Under the pieces are notes generated by a model. The model was not told the origin of the DNA and searched no databases. It saw nothing but the letters and a program-made list of their open reading frames with translations. From NCBI RefSeq assembly GCF_000143415.4, contig NW_003314329.1, positions 515,421 through 579,420 on the forward strand: a stretch of DNA of 64,000 bases. Reading direction: 5' to 3'. This DNA comes from Selaginella moellendorffii (Eukaryota > Plantae > Lycopodiophyta). Below are positions 1-11,514 of the stretch, piece by piece (the stretch's first letter is position 1; every line of letters begins with the position of its first letter). A program made the position numbers and the translations under genes.

Positions 1-1631
1 ATGCAAGGGTTGGCTGTTCAGCTCAGTCTGCGCACTTTGCAGAAACCTTAAGTGTTTTGCTAGGGACGCAATCATCATGTTTGCACCCCCACCACCCCAT
101 AGAGGTACAAAGAAGTTCCCATAGTTCTGGGCACCATGCCCATGAGCGATTATGCCAAACAGAGACATAGGCAGCTGCATGGATGAAGAGATTGCCTTGG
201 GGGCAGGATTGAGTCGAGGTAAGCACGTCTTTTTCTAGTCCATTTGTCGTGGATGATGTAGAGGTAAGAGTCAGGTCTCTCCATGGAGAGAATCCTGTTA
301 TGATAATATGCAGTCCTGCAGCTTCTCTGCTTGATGTTGTGGTCGAGCCGCCTTCTAACCAACGTCTCTCGCTCTTGAGCGATGCAAGAATTCTTCGACA
401 AAGCCATTTTGATAGCAGTGCACTCGTCACACTTTGAGAAGCTGGAGTACTTTCCTATACTCACATCCCTGAACCTATTGCTCCACAATCTACTAAATCT
501 AGATTGGCTCAGCTTCCTGTAGCCATTACTCTAGAGTTCCCGATTCACATCTTCCAATATGGCCCCCTTGGTATACATGGAAGGGAGAACTCGTTGGGTG
601 TCTCGAGTTCCATCTTCCAAGAGGCGGGTTTTATGTGGTTGCTGCTCGCTACATGTCTCGACAAACCTCTTGAAGATTGCCTCTCCATATACAACATGAC
701 CCCTGGTTTTGTGCGTACCGTTGTTCCCATGGATTGCCTGTTGAACCCTTTGTTCCTCGAACTCAGTTTTGATTCTGCAGACCAAACCCCTCTGGAAGAC
801 CATGCCCCCCACCTGATGTTCTGAAGCATCAACAGATGACCGTAATGCCTCATACACAAAATTGCGAGCTGTCTTCCAGGACAATGTCTTGTATCTTGCT
901 CTCTCCTCTTCAATAGCATCCCAATTAGCATGTTGACAGCACCTCCTCTTGCAACAAGCAACTGTCGAGACCATTTGAACCTCAATTGCCATTTTCTGCC
1001 TTTTCGGTTCGTTGTTCAGATCCCTTTGGCTGCGCTTTAGGAAGGTGTACTTTCTTTTCCCATGAAGAGATGTTCTGTCATCAGTTGTAGTGGTGTTTGA
1101 TTGTGAATCCTTCACATTCTCAAACACTAAGTGCCTCAATTTCCACCGCACAATGCTTCCAATAGTCAGACTATTTTCTTCTGTGTCAACAACCTCTAAA
1201 ATCGCAACTCCAATATCATCCCAGCCCAATTCTTGATTAGCAACCGCATCTCTTGGATCAACAACTGTGGCTAAGCCCTCAGCTACCACCTCCCCCTCGG
1301 GGTTGTTTAGAAACACCTTTGCCTGAATCCATGTAGCACGGTTCTTAAGATCCACGGAGGGAACATGCGTCGCACTTGCGCTATCCCTAACATCTGCTTT
1401 CTTCTGAAGATTTTTCAAGGCAACAACAACATTTACCCCGACGACCATCTCTCCTCGTTCAATAGCGACCACATTCCCATCAAAGACAGTCTCTACTGAT
1501 ACAGTAGCATTGCCTTCCCCAAGCCTTTGACAGTGTATAACAAAGTTCCGATCCATAGACACAAGGGTCTCTTTTGCAACTCTCTTCCCACCATTCAAAA
1601 TGTAAACTTTTTCCCCAACCCTAAAGGCCAT
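1..1631 (-). pseudogene. Transposase, 5' part (copy 1): two Tnp1/En-Spm-like N-terminal domains, Cys-rich segment, CxxC and first catalytic Asp region (IIHDK)
   Basis: ORFs 531..1631 and 150..488 are collinear with ORF 41569..42879. TAG at 531 where copy 2 has CAG, a 42-nt in-frame deletion near 776, and a frameshift near 240. Confidence 0.8.
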
Positions 1632-2084
1632 TCTGAAAGTGCAGAAAAGAAGTTAAGACCATACAAAAAATGATTGGAGAATGGCCTAAATCATAACATA
1701 CCAAACAACCTCAATAGCATGAGGCCACATGCCATTATTCAAACATGCTATTGACACCCACGTGAAATTTCGCATTCACAAAATTGGCATGAGCCCTCAT
1801 GCCATCTTGATAAACACACAGCTACAGGCAGGTAAAGAAACTATTGGCAATATGCTAGTGATGAACTTGCAAGGCCCCAAGATGGCATGAGGCCTCATGC
1901 CATCTTGATATACACACAGCTGCAGGCAAGTAAAAACATACATGACAATACGCTAGCCATGAAATTGCAAGGGCCCAAGATGGCATGTGGCCTCATGCCA
2001 TTTCTAAATGTGGTCCTAAGCCATTCCATGGTGAACATACCAGGAAGCACAAGTGCCGAATATCAAGAGGAAGTGGTAGTCACA

Positions 2085-2235
2085 CTAAAGACAGTGCCGC
2101 TCGCAACACTGCAACTACTCGTAGTGCCGCTCGCACAAACTGCCACTCGCATAAACTGCCACTCGCAATGGCGCTTGCAATGCCGCAACCGCTCGTAGAC
2201 GCATAAACCATAGCTCACAATGCCGCTTACACAAG
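2085..2235. repeat. Imperfect ~30-bp tandem repeat (gccgctcgcaacactgcaactactcgtagt-like) in the intergenic region of the DNA transposon
   Basis: Repeated gccgctcgca/cactcgta units. Copy 3 (50560-50735, reverse) has one more unit. Confidence 0.6.
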
Positions 2236-2994
2236 CAGCACTCACTACGCTCAGCGGAACCAAGAACACGGCGCACAAAAATGATAGACCTAGGAAAGAG
2301 TTCGAGAATTCAAAAATAACACACGCTTGAACGTCACATCAAATCCTCTGACAAACCAGATCTTATGATTCCTCTGACAAATTTCAAACTGAGTAGCTTC
2401 TAGACTTTGCTGTCGGAGGTTGAACTTTGTCACATCATGTCCTTGCCTCGATCCAGCTGTGCCATTTCAGTGATTCGAACTTTGCCATGCCATGTTAGCG
2501 ATCCACGCCAAGATTATTCGCCGTGTAAAGGAATAATTATGCTGTGTGTGTACATCCATTTATGGCAATATAAGGCCACACGCCATTCAAAGAATAATGC
2601 TAGTCGAGCATTTTTTGGATCATTTTTGGGTTCAAAATTGCATGAGCCCACACGCTATAAAGTTTACCTGTACCAAAAATAGAAATAGCTTTATTCACTT
2701 GGGAATTTAAGTGGTTGAGGCATTTTTAAACTTACAAACACATGCCCTACTTACATTCCTTTGGTTGCTTAAAATTCAAAAATATTATAAACCTTTCTTT
2801 TTGCATTTTCAATGTTTTCAATTATGGTTTTTGATTTTCGCAGGACCAGCCTAGTAATCTATTTGCATCCCGTCATGTTTATAGCTAGCTTTCGTTTGTC
2901 CCCTTCGCTAGCCTGAGATACATCTGCTCAGCATCTGCCTCTTACAGCATTTGCCCAGAAAGGACATCTTTCTTCACGCAGCATTTGCCACATG

Positions 2995-3013
2995 TTTAGG
3001 GTTTAGGGTTTAG
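2995..3013 (+). promoter_or_regulatory. Plant telomere-type motif (TTTAGGG)2 TTTAG, telobox-like, between the two divergent transposon genes
   Basis: tttagggtttagggtttag, conserved as ctaaaccctaaaccctaaa at 49783-49801 in copy 3. Confidence 0.5.
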
Positions 3014-3145
3014 CAATTTAGTAGCTTGATAAACATGCAAATACAGAACTTGATGCAAAATCCTTTGATATGTCACAATGCCCCTAGGACCATAAACACA
3101 TTTCAATAGAGAGGGTCCTTTCATTTCATAACTCCTTATGTAGAT

Positions 3146-4967
3146 TGTGAGACACAAAATCCCTAGGCCCCAAAGTGGAGCTGGAAGGGCGCCACATGGT
3201 AGTGGCCGAAGCGAGAGCCAAACGAGCGTAACACGTTTGGACCAAAAGCTCCGACTTGAAAAGTCAAAAGCGGGAGTGGAACTCCCAACGAAGTGCTCGA
3301 GGAACGAGCACGAAGCGAGCAAAAGGCGAGGCTCCAAAAAGGGACCCAAAAAGACCAACACATGACACATGGGAGTGTCCGAGATGGACCCGAGTTGGAG
3401 TCCCAAGTGGAGTCCGAGGTGGACCCGAGATGGACCCGAGTTGGAGTCCGAAGTGGAGTCCGAGATGGAGTCCGAGATGGAGTTCGAGATGGAGTCCGAG
3501 TTGGAGTCCGAGGTGGACCCGAGATGGACCCGAGTTGGAGTCCGAAGTGGAGTCCGAGGTGGACCCGAGATGGACCCGAGTTGGAGTCCGAAGTGGAGTC
3601 CGAGATGGAGTCCGAGATGGAGTCCGAGTTGGAGTCCGAGGTGGACCCGAGATGGACCCGAGTTGGAGTCCGAAGTGGAGTCCGAGATGGACCCGAGATG
3701 GAGTCCGAGATGGAGTCCGAGATGGAGTCCGAGGTGGACCCGAGATGGACCCGAAATGGAGTCCGAGATGGAGTCCGAGATGGACCCGAGATGGAGTCCG
3801 AGATGGAGTCCGAAGTCGAGACCGAGACCGGGACCGAGACCGAGACCGAGACCGAGATCGGGACCGAGACCGAGACCGAGGCCGAGGCCGAGACCGAGCC
3901 CGAGTCCGAGTCCGAGTCCGAGTCCGAGTCCGAGTCCGAGTCCGAGTCCGAGTCCGAGTCCGGAGCCTGAGAGGGTGAAAGCCCAAAGCGTTCGTCTCCC
4001 AGACCCTGGGGGGTTTGGTGAGCCCCAAAAGTATAGTAGGGGGAGGACTGTAGTGGAGCCAGTTTGGCCAGGAAAGGCCAGTTTGGCCCAGGAAGGCCAG
4101 ACCCAGTGTTGGGTGATGAGCTGCCCACTGGGAAGTCCAAAGACTAGAGTGAACACAGACCGACAAGCGGGGTAGCTTGGTGAAGTGTTCAAGAGCCGGC
4201 TCTAGTTCCCCCGGGAGATCGACTGGCCGATGCTCCCAGTCCAAGTGTGGGTGGCACTACCTACTTGGATACCAAGCGTGGCTCAATGGAACCTCGCTCT
4301 AAGCCCATGGCTAGAGCACCTAAAGGCGATAGGTGGGGAGAGTACCTAGGTGGCTCGCGTAAGGCCACGGTGTTCCGAAATGTTGTCCCAAAGGCCCAGA
4401 CTGTGGAAAGGAAGAGGAGCAGTCCTCTGGGGTAGTGACCAAGGACACAGTCATGTGGTGAGGAAGTCCCAGAGGACCGTGGGACTTAGTGGTCGGGCCT
4501 GTGGGCCTCGATCCAGTGCCAGTGTTGGCAAACACGGCCAGGGGCAGAAAGGGACTTGGTAGGAACTGACAAAGGGACTTTGGGGAAGGCAACTCCCCAG
4601 GTCTGTGGGCATCCTAAGGATGCTAAGGAGTGGATCTAGGATGACCACTCGTGGACACATGGCCCAGTCTTGGAGAGACGAGGTGGTGATGCAAGTGGTG
4701 TTGAACCACTAGTGCAGCAAAGGTGAATGGGCATGGCCTTAGCGTAACGGGCCGAGATGTCAGTGGTACCTTTGGGTGTCGGTCTCAGGACCGGACACGT
4801 GGAGCACTTGGACCAGGTGCAAGTGTGGAGTGGCATGGATGCCATTCTTGGGACTAGCAAGTCCCAAGTCCTGAATTGGACTGATGGAGGTTGTGAATGA
4901 GACTCCTCCAAGTGGTCGGAGGTGTGGTTAAGTGACTAAAGTAGAATGGAAAATTTAGTCGCTTACA
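3146..4967 (+). repeat. 5' LTR of element A (1822 bp)
   Basis: tgtgagacac...gtcgcttaca; near-identical to 9020-10853. Confidence 0.95.
3378..3962. repeat. Hexamer-based minisatellite inside the LTR (GGAGTC/CGAGAT/GGACCC, then GAGACC, GAGTCC)
   Basis: Directly visible. Also at 9252-9848, ~21217-21768 and ~60770-61308; shorter related arrays in E/F LTRs (e.g. 28365-28630). Confidence 0.95.
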
Positions 4968-4970
4968 ATT

Positions 4971-4982
4971 TGGTATCGGAGC
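4971..4982 (+). other. Primer-binding site complementary to the initiator tRNA-Met 3' end
   Basis: tggtatcggagc, 3 nt after the LTR; matches the canonical plant TGGTATCAGAGC with one mismatch. Confidence 0.85.
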
Positions 4983-7900
4983 TGTTCCTTAGTCCGACTT
5001 TTATTGGTGCTCAAGTATATCACCACTGGTGCTAGCAACGGAAGGTCCAAGAAGTGGGCCTATCCTTGAGGAGTAGCAAGTCGGGAAGACATGGCTCTCC
5101 ATTACAGTTCATGTGTGAACTTGTAGACAAGGTGGTGGATAGAAAAGGGGCCAATAATGGAACGACTTTGGGATCTTGGGAATAGTGCAAGGTTTTCCTC
5201 ATTGAGTTGAGGAAGTGATCCAGATGAGCGTTTGACTCAGCAAACGGGCTAATGTAGTTGGGGTAAACAACTATAGTTGGGATCACGGGGAAGATAGAGA
5301 CTCCAAAAACAATAAAGGAGTCACGAGTTTATCCTCACGTGGTTGAGGCTGGTGCTCATGAAGGTGAGACCGGAATGGATGACCGTGAGAGGTCAAGTAT
5401 GGATGAGGACACGAGTCCTGGAAATGGTAGCCGGGGCTACCTCTAATAAATGCTGGAACAACCCCAGGAGTTGGGGGTGTATTAAGTGGATGAGTTGGTG
5501 TTCTCATCACATGGACAAGTAGTCCTAAGGGGCAAAGGTTGCCCCCAGAGAACAAAATCAAGTGTCGGAGTAACACTGGTGAAAATAGTCCTTTTGAGTA
5601 GGACAGGAATGCAAGAAGTGTATTCCAGTGAGCTAGTGCCTCACAAGTAGGACCTTACGGGTCTGTGGATTAACCAAGTCCAAAACTGCAGGATGACTCA
5701 AGTAGAGTCAACGGATGGTCCTAAAAGGACTGATGGAAGCATTTGGACTGAGGTGTGTTGTACCCCACAAAGGATGGGGGGGGATCATAGGATCCAAGGA
5801 TGAGAACGGAGGGTATCTCATCGATGGCAAAATATGCCATGCTAAAGTTATGGGAAAGGTGTTCCCAGAAGAAAACAACTTTGACACAAAGTTGTGTGTG
5901 ACCTCTATGGTGTAGTGCTAACGGATGGTTGGCATGAGAAAGAGCGGTGTTGGTCTTGGCAAAGACTTAAACACGAAGAGGAAATGTCATAGAGGTAGGC
6001 TCGTGGAGCCAATGGTGTGGAGACACCAAATGTGCCAAGGTGTGATACCTTGAGGCTATGATGGTGGGTTCATGAGAACCCCTTGCCAAAGGAATCCCAA
6101 TGGAAATGGGAATGGCATAGCCTAAGCTGCAGAGCATGCAGTTGGAGTGTGGTGACCCAGATAATGATGGAGGTGTGAAAGCACCAAGCAATGAGTTGTA
6201 GGACTTGACAACTATGAGGCAACTAAGCAAGAGGTGCAAAATAACTGGTTAAACGGGTAGAAGGTAGCTACCCAAGACTTCTTAATAGCATAAGGAAGTT
6301 GGATATACCCTTACGGGGGATAAGTTGCTTGTGTTGCGATATAGTAAGTCAATGTCATAAAAGGAAATACTCATTGTCAAGAGAGCCATCATTGGGACAC
6401 CCGGACACTCTAGAACACCAGAAGGTGGTGTTTGATGTCGCGAGGGCAATGGATAAAGCCCAAGGGACTAAGTCCCTAGCGAATGATGGATAGAAGATGC
6501 TATCCAAATGTCCAAGGTTGCGGAGACAGGAGAGACTGTCTACCCGAGTTGGACAAAGCCAAAAATGGAATTTTGGCAAGGCTAGTGATGGGCATGTAAA
6601 GGCCCATAAGCAACAATGTAATCCCAGTGTGTGGGATTATAAGGTGAGCATACCCGGATTGAGGAACCACTCCCTAGGCTATTGGGTAGGTTCATCCCTA
6701 AGAATACTTGCTAAAGCGTGATAGAAAGTGCAAAGCTATCCTCCTGGTCTGGAGGAGAATGACCAAAGGAAAGGTGTGAAGCCAAAAAGCAAGTAGTAAG
6801 GGGATAGAACCAAACCATAGGAATCGAAGGGCATAACCAAGGTTGGTTATGCCAGCTGGGAGTGGAGAATCAAGTGGGGGCTCGAGGGTGTTGCCACTAG
6901 CAACCGTGATGCCATGGAGAGTCTAAAATATGGAATTGTCCATGTTAGACTATGTGGCATTTTGAAGGCTTGCAAAAAGGGAGGCCTTAGCAAGCTGAGG
7001 GACAGAGTTCCTTCAAGGTTCCCAAAGACGATTCTAGGTAGCGTAGTACCTAGAAAGGCCAAGTGTAAATGGTTCATGGAATGCGCGAAATCAGAGTGGC
7101 GCAGCAAAAGCGTGGTCTTGAAGCTTGCCATGAGGCAAGGTTATCAAGGTTAGGGAAGAAGTTCCCGAGTGTTCAAAGAGAGGGCTTTGAACGAAAGTCG
7201 ATGGTCAAGGACTTTCACGCTTATGCAGGAACCATGTTACAATGGTCGGAGGACTTGCCAAGTGAGATTGGCACGTCGGGGGAACAAAGACCCTAGTTGA
7301 AGGTGATAACTTCAAAAAGGGTGGGCCATGGGGCCGAGCATGGAGGAGTCCATGCATGATCACAGACATGTCAAGTGAGAGGACTTGGCAGTGTGGAGGA
7401 ACTAGGTTCCTAAGCTGTGATCTGTAGCGCGCTTTAAAAATAGGTTGGTGCACCGGCGTGGGGAGTCACGCCAGGCATCTAATGTGATGCCGTCCGTAGA
7501 TGCATATACGGAGGTTGGGTTCGAGTCCCGACCCTCTAGTGCTTGGGTTCGAGTCCCAAATCACTAGGGCGTGGTGATGGTTTGGAATATGAGGACACTC
7601 ATATTTCGGTGGTCATGGACTCTCAGTGGGGAGACTGGTTTGGGCACACCGCCAAGCGAGGGATGCCTCGGAGTCGTGATGCACGGTTAGATTGCTTAGT
7701 GTGAAAGCTCGGCATATCTAACTTGAACGCTTTGGTGCAAGTGGCACCAAGGTCGTGGTGAGTGAGATGGGGACACCTAATCTCAGTTGCTATGAACCCT
7801 TGGCCGGAAGGGCTGGCTTGGGCGCACCGCCAAGTGTGGGGGATGCCCCCGGGGTCGTAGTTAACAAGTTAAAGGTCTGGAAGACCTAGTACCTATTGGC

Positions 7901-9019
7901 AAACTTGTTAAGGTGCCAAGGTGAGATCACTAGGTGATCTTGTGGCTAAATAAGGACAAGGTCCTTGTTTGGGTTAAGGAATAAGGTTCCTAGTTCAAAG
8001 TGTTGATTTGAACTATTGATGATGGTGTGGCTTGGTCAAAGTGACCAAGTGGGAAAAGCACCTTAGGGAAATGAGCTATGTCATTGCGATGGCATAGTGT
8101 GTCCAAGGAAAGTAGTCTCTAAAGAGACCCATGAGAGGGTCACGAAGTTGGGCCGTGGATAGAGCCCATAGCAGAAGATGCTAAAGAGACATACTAGGGG
8201 TGAACGTCCTCCGGACTTGGCAAAGAAGAGTCTTTGCTATGGAACCGAAACAATACCTCAAGGAGGGAGGTAGAGATTCGATGTTGCTTGGTGCAACAAT
8301 CAACGGATAGGAGCAAAAGATGAGTGGCCAAGATAGGGCCGTGGAATCCCTTGGAAGGAATCCAAGTGACAAAGTTAGGCGAAGAACACTAATGTGTTGG
8401 ACGCTAACAAGTTGCGGGAAAGGAAGTGTGTTTCCAAGGAGGGATTCCGAAATGCTCCGATTTGGCGAAAGTGGAAGCTCCAAGGGAGGGAGCGGTAAGG
8501 TAGCCAAATGATAGGGCCATGAACAGCCCTAGCACAAAGTATGATAACTGGAACTTTGGCACGAAATAGAAGAGAGGATGATGGTGCCCTCGAGTAGAGA
8601 ACTTCCTAGGATGGGAAGTGGAGTTGCACAAAAGGTGCAAGGCAAGGTGTCGGAGACACCTAAGAAATTGACTCCAAGAAGTCAAAATTCAAAGTTCCAA
8701 AGTGCAAAGGTTATATCGATGGAAATTGAGACTACTCGAGAAGGAGTAGTGGGATTGACTTAGAGAAGGGTCTCTAAGAGGTTTAGCGAGAACTAAACCA
8801 ATAAAAGGATGAACCATTACATGTGGTCCAATCAGTCTCTAAATTGGAGAGACTACGCTCCTTAAAGGATGGACAAGGCATGGTGAGCCTTTGATGTCAA
8901 ACCATAGACAAAGATTGGCTAGGTGCCAAAGATGGAAATGGTAACACATGTGGGTGTTACTTTATGAAAGGGTTTACCGTTCGATGAGGACATCGAACTT
9001 CGTCTATGGGTGGTGGAGT

Positions 9020-10853
9020 TGTGAGACACAAAATCCCTAGGCCCCAAAGTGGAGCTGGAAGGGCGCCACATGGTAGTGGCCGAAGCGAGAGCCAAACGAG
9101 CGTAACACGTTTGGACCAAAAGCTCCGACTTGAAAAGTCAAGAGCGGGAGTGGAACTCCCAACGAAGTGCTCGAGGAACGAGCACGAAGCGAGCAAAAGG
9201 CGAGGCTCCAAAAAGGGACCCAAAAAGACCAACACATGACACATGGGAGTGTCCGAGATGGACCCGAGTTGGAGTCCGAAGTGGAGTCCGAGGTGGACCC
9301 GAGATGGACCCGAGTTGGAGTCCGAAGTGGAGTCCGAGATGGAGTCCGAGATGGAGTCCGAGATGGAGTCCGAGTTGGAGTCCGAGGTGGACCCGAGATG
9401 GACCCGAGTTGGAGTCCGAAGTGGAGTCCGAGGTGGACCCGAGATGGACCCGAGTTGGAGTCCGAAGTGGAGTCCGAGATGGAGTCCGAGATGGAGTCCG
9501 AGATGGAGTCCGAGTTGGAGTCCGAGGTGGACCCGAGATGGACCCGAGTTGGAGTCCGAAGTGGAGTCCGAGATGGACCCGAGATGGAGTCCGAGATGGA
9601 GTCCGAGGTGGACCCGAGATGGACCCGAAATGGAGTCCGAGATGGAGTCAGAGATGGACCCGAGATGGAGTCCGAGATGGAGTCCGAAGTCGAGACCGAG
9701 ACCGGGACCGAGACCGGGACCGAGACCGAGACCGAGACCGAGATCGGGACCGAGACCGAGACCGAGGCCGAGGCCGAGACCGAGCCCGAGTCCGAGTCCG
9801 AGTCCGTGTCCGAGTCCGAGTCCGAGTCCGAGTCCGAGTCCGAGTCCGGAGCCTGAGAGGGTGAAAGCCCAAAGCGTTCGTCTCCCAGACCCTGGGGGGT
9901 TTGGTGAGCCCCAAAAGTATAGTAGGGGGAGGACTGTAGTGGAGCCAGTTTGGCCAGGAAAGGCCAGTTTGGCCCAGGAAGGCCAGACCCAGTGTTGGGT
10001 GATGAGCTGCCCACTGGGAAGTCCAAAGACTAGAGTGAACACAGACCGACAAGCGGGGTAGCTTGGTGAAGTGTTCAAGAGCCGGCTCTAGTTCCCCCGG
10101 GAGATCGACTGGCCGATGCTCCCAGTCCAAGTGTGGGTGGCACTACCTACTTGGATACCAAGCGTGGCTCAATGGAACCTCGCTCTAAGCCCATGGCTAG
10201 AGCACCTAAAGGCGATAGGTGGGGAGAGTACCTAGGTGGCTCGCGTAAGGCCACGGTGTTCCGAAATGTTGTCCCAAAGGCCCAGACTGTGGAAAGGAAG
10301 AGGAGCAGTCCTCTGGGGTAGTGACCAAGGACACAGTCATGTGGTGAGGAAGTCCCAGAGGACCGTGGGACTTAGTGGTCGGGCCTGTGGGCCTCGATCC
10401 AGTGCCAGTGTTGGCAAACACGGCCAGGGGCAGAAAGGGACTTGGTAGGAACTGACAAAGGGACTTTGGGGAAGGCAACTCCCCAGGTCTGTGGGCATCC
10501 TAAGGATGCTAAGGAGTGGATCTAGGATGACCACTCGTGGACACATGGCCCAGTCTTGGAGAGACGAGGTGGTGATGCAAGTGGTGTTGAACCACTAGTG
10601 CAGCAAAGGTGAATGGGCATGGCCTTAGCGTAACGGGCCGAGATGTCAGTGGTACCTTTGGGTGTCGGTCTCAGGACCGGACATGTGGAGCACTTGGACC
10701 AGGTGCAAGTGTGGAGTGGCATGGATGCCATTCTTGGGACTAGCAAGTCCCAAGTCCTGAATTGGACTGATGGAGGTTGTGAATGAGACTCCTCCAAGTG
10801 GTCGGAGGTGTGGTTAAGTGACTAAAGTAGAATGGAAAATTTAGTCGCTTACA
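9020..10853 (+). repeat. 3' LTR of element A (1834 bp)
   Basis: Preceded by the PPT and followed by TSD tagat. Confidence 0.95.
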
Positions 10854-11514
10854 TAGATCTTGGTGAAACCAGAGTTAGTGAAGTTAGTTTTTTGTGATCC
10901 CGCATCTGATTGTGATGTCCTTTTGCAGTGTCGATGGAAAGGTCAATGCACACCAAACTGTAAAATCTTGGAGCAAAATAACGGTCGGATCTATGGCAAA
11001 TGCCCAAGGCTCGTGTGGTCTCATGTGGTGTCTGATCGAGATGCTTCTTTGCGGTCATCAAGAAAGACATTGTATACCATTCTATAAAATCTAGTTGCAA
11101 TCTTGTAACTTCGCCGCCAACTCCGCCGCCCACTCCGCCACCCACACGCAGCCCACTTGGCGTCCCGGGAGATTTCAGCACCACTCTCCAACTGTAAGTG
11201 GCAGAGTAGCCTTGCTACTACGATCCGCTGCACACACAGTGCACATTCGTCAGCGAGTCCGGCCTCGATTGTCACGCCTCCATTCAGCTTCAAATGGTAA
11301 GTCTTTTAGGCCAAGTAGAAAATGGCATGAGGCCACATGCCATTCAGTAGCAACATTGGCATGCACCAATTGGGCTCTCGAGTGCAGTCTGGTTACAGAT
11401 GGCATGTAGCCTCACGCCATCTTAGGATGCAGCCTCAAGACATCTGATGCAGTGGTGAATGGCATGTGGCCTCACGTTATTTCCAGCTGCTAGCTTTTCA
11501 TCTGTCAGCTCTAA

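Larger units (their letters stand above)
3146..10853 (+). mobile_element. Element A: complete non-autonomous LTR retroelement (LARD-like), 7.7 kb
   Basis: TG...CA LTRs at 3146-4967 and 9020-10853. TSD TAGAT at 3141-3145 and 10854-10858. PBS tggtatcggagc at 4971-4982, PPT atgggtggtggagt at 9006-9019. The 4 kb interior has no ORF longer than ~110 aa. The empty site is visible in copy 3 near 49662. Confidence 0.95.

Noticed and set aside
1717-2001. Palindromic repeats with spacers resembling a CRISPR array
   Set aside because: Spacing is irregular, the spacers resemble each other, there are no cas genes, and the context is a eukaryotic TE.
2995-3013. Telomere or chromosome-healing site
   Set aside because: Fewer than three units, and located internally at the same position in two transposon copies.
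2996-4244. Long overlapping ORFs (LGLGLG, SDSDSD, RDRDRD) here and at ~8957-10130, ~20824-22043 and ~60679-61584
   Set aside because: By-products of a stop-free hexamer array inside LTRs; open in all six frames with no domain content.
7514-7559. tRNA gene or tRNA-derived SINE
   Set aside because: Only T-arm-like hairpins; I could not find an acceptor stem, D-arm/A box, anticodon arm or poly-T/poly-A tail.
4968-9019. Short ORFs in the A/B/C/G interior as genes (e.g. env-like)
   Set aside because: All are ~110 aa or shorter, frames are not consistently preserved among the four copies, and no motifs are recognisable.
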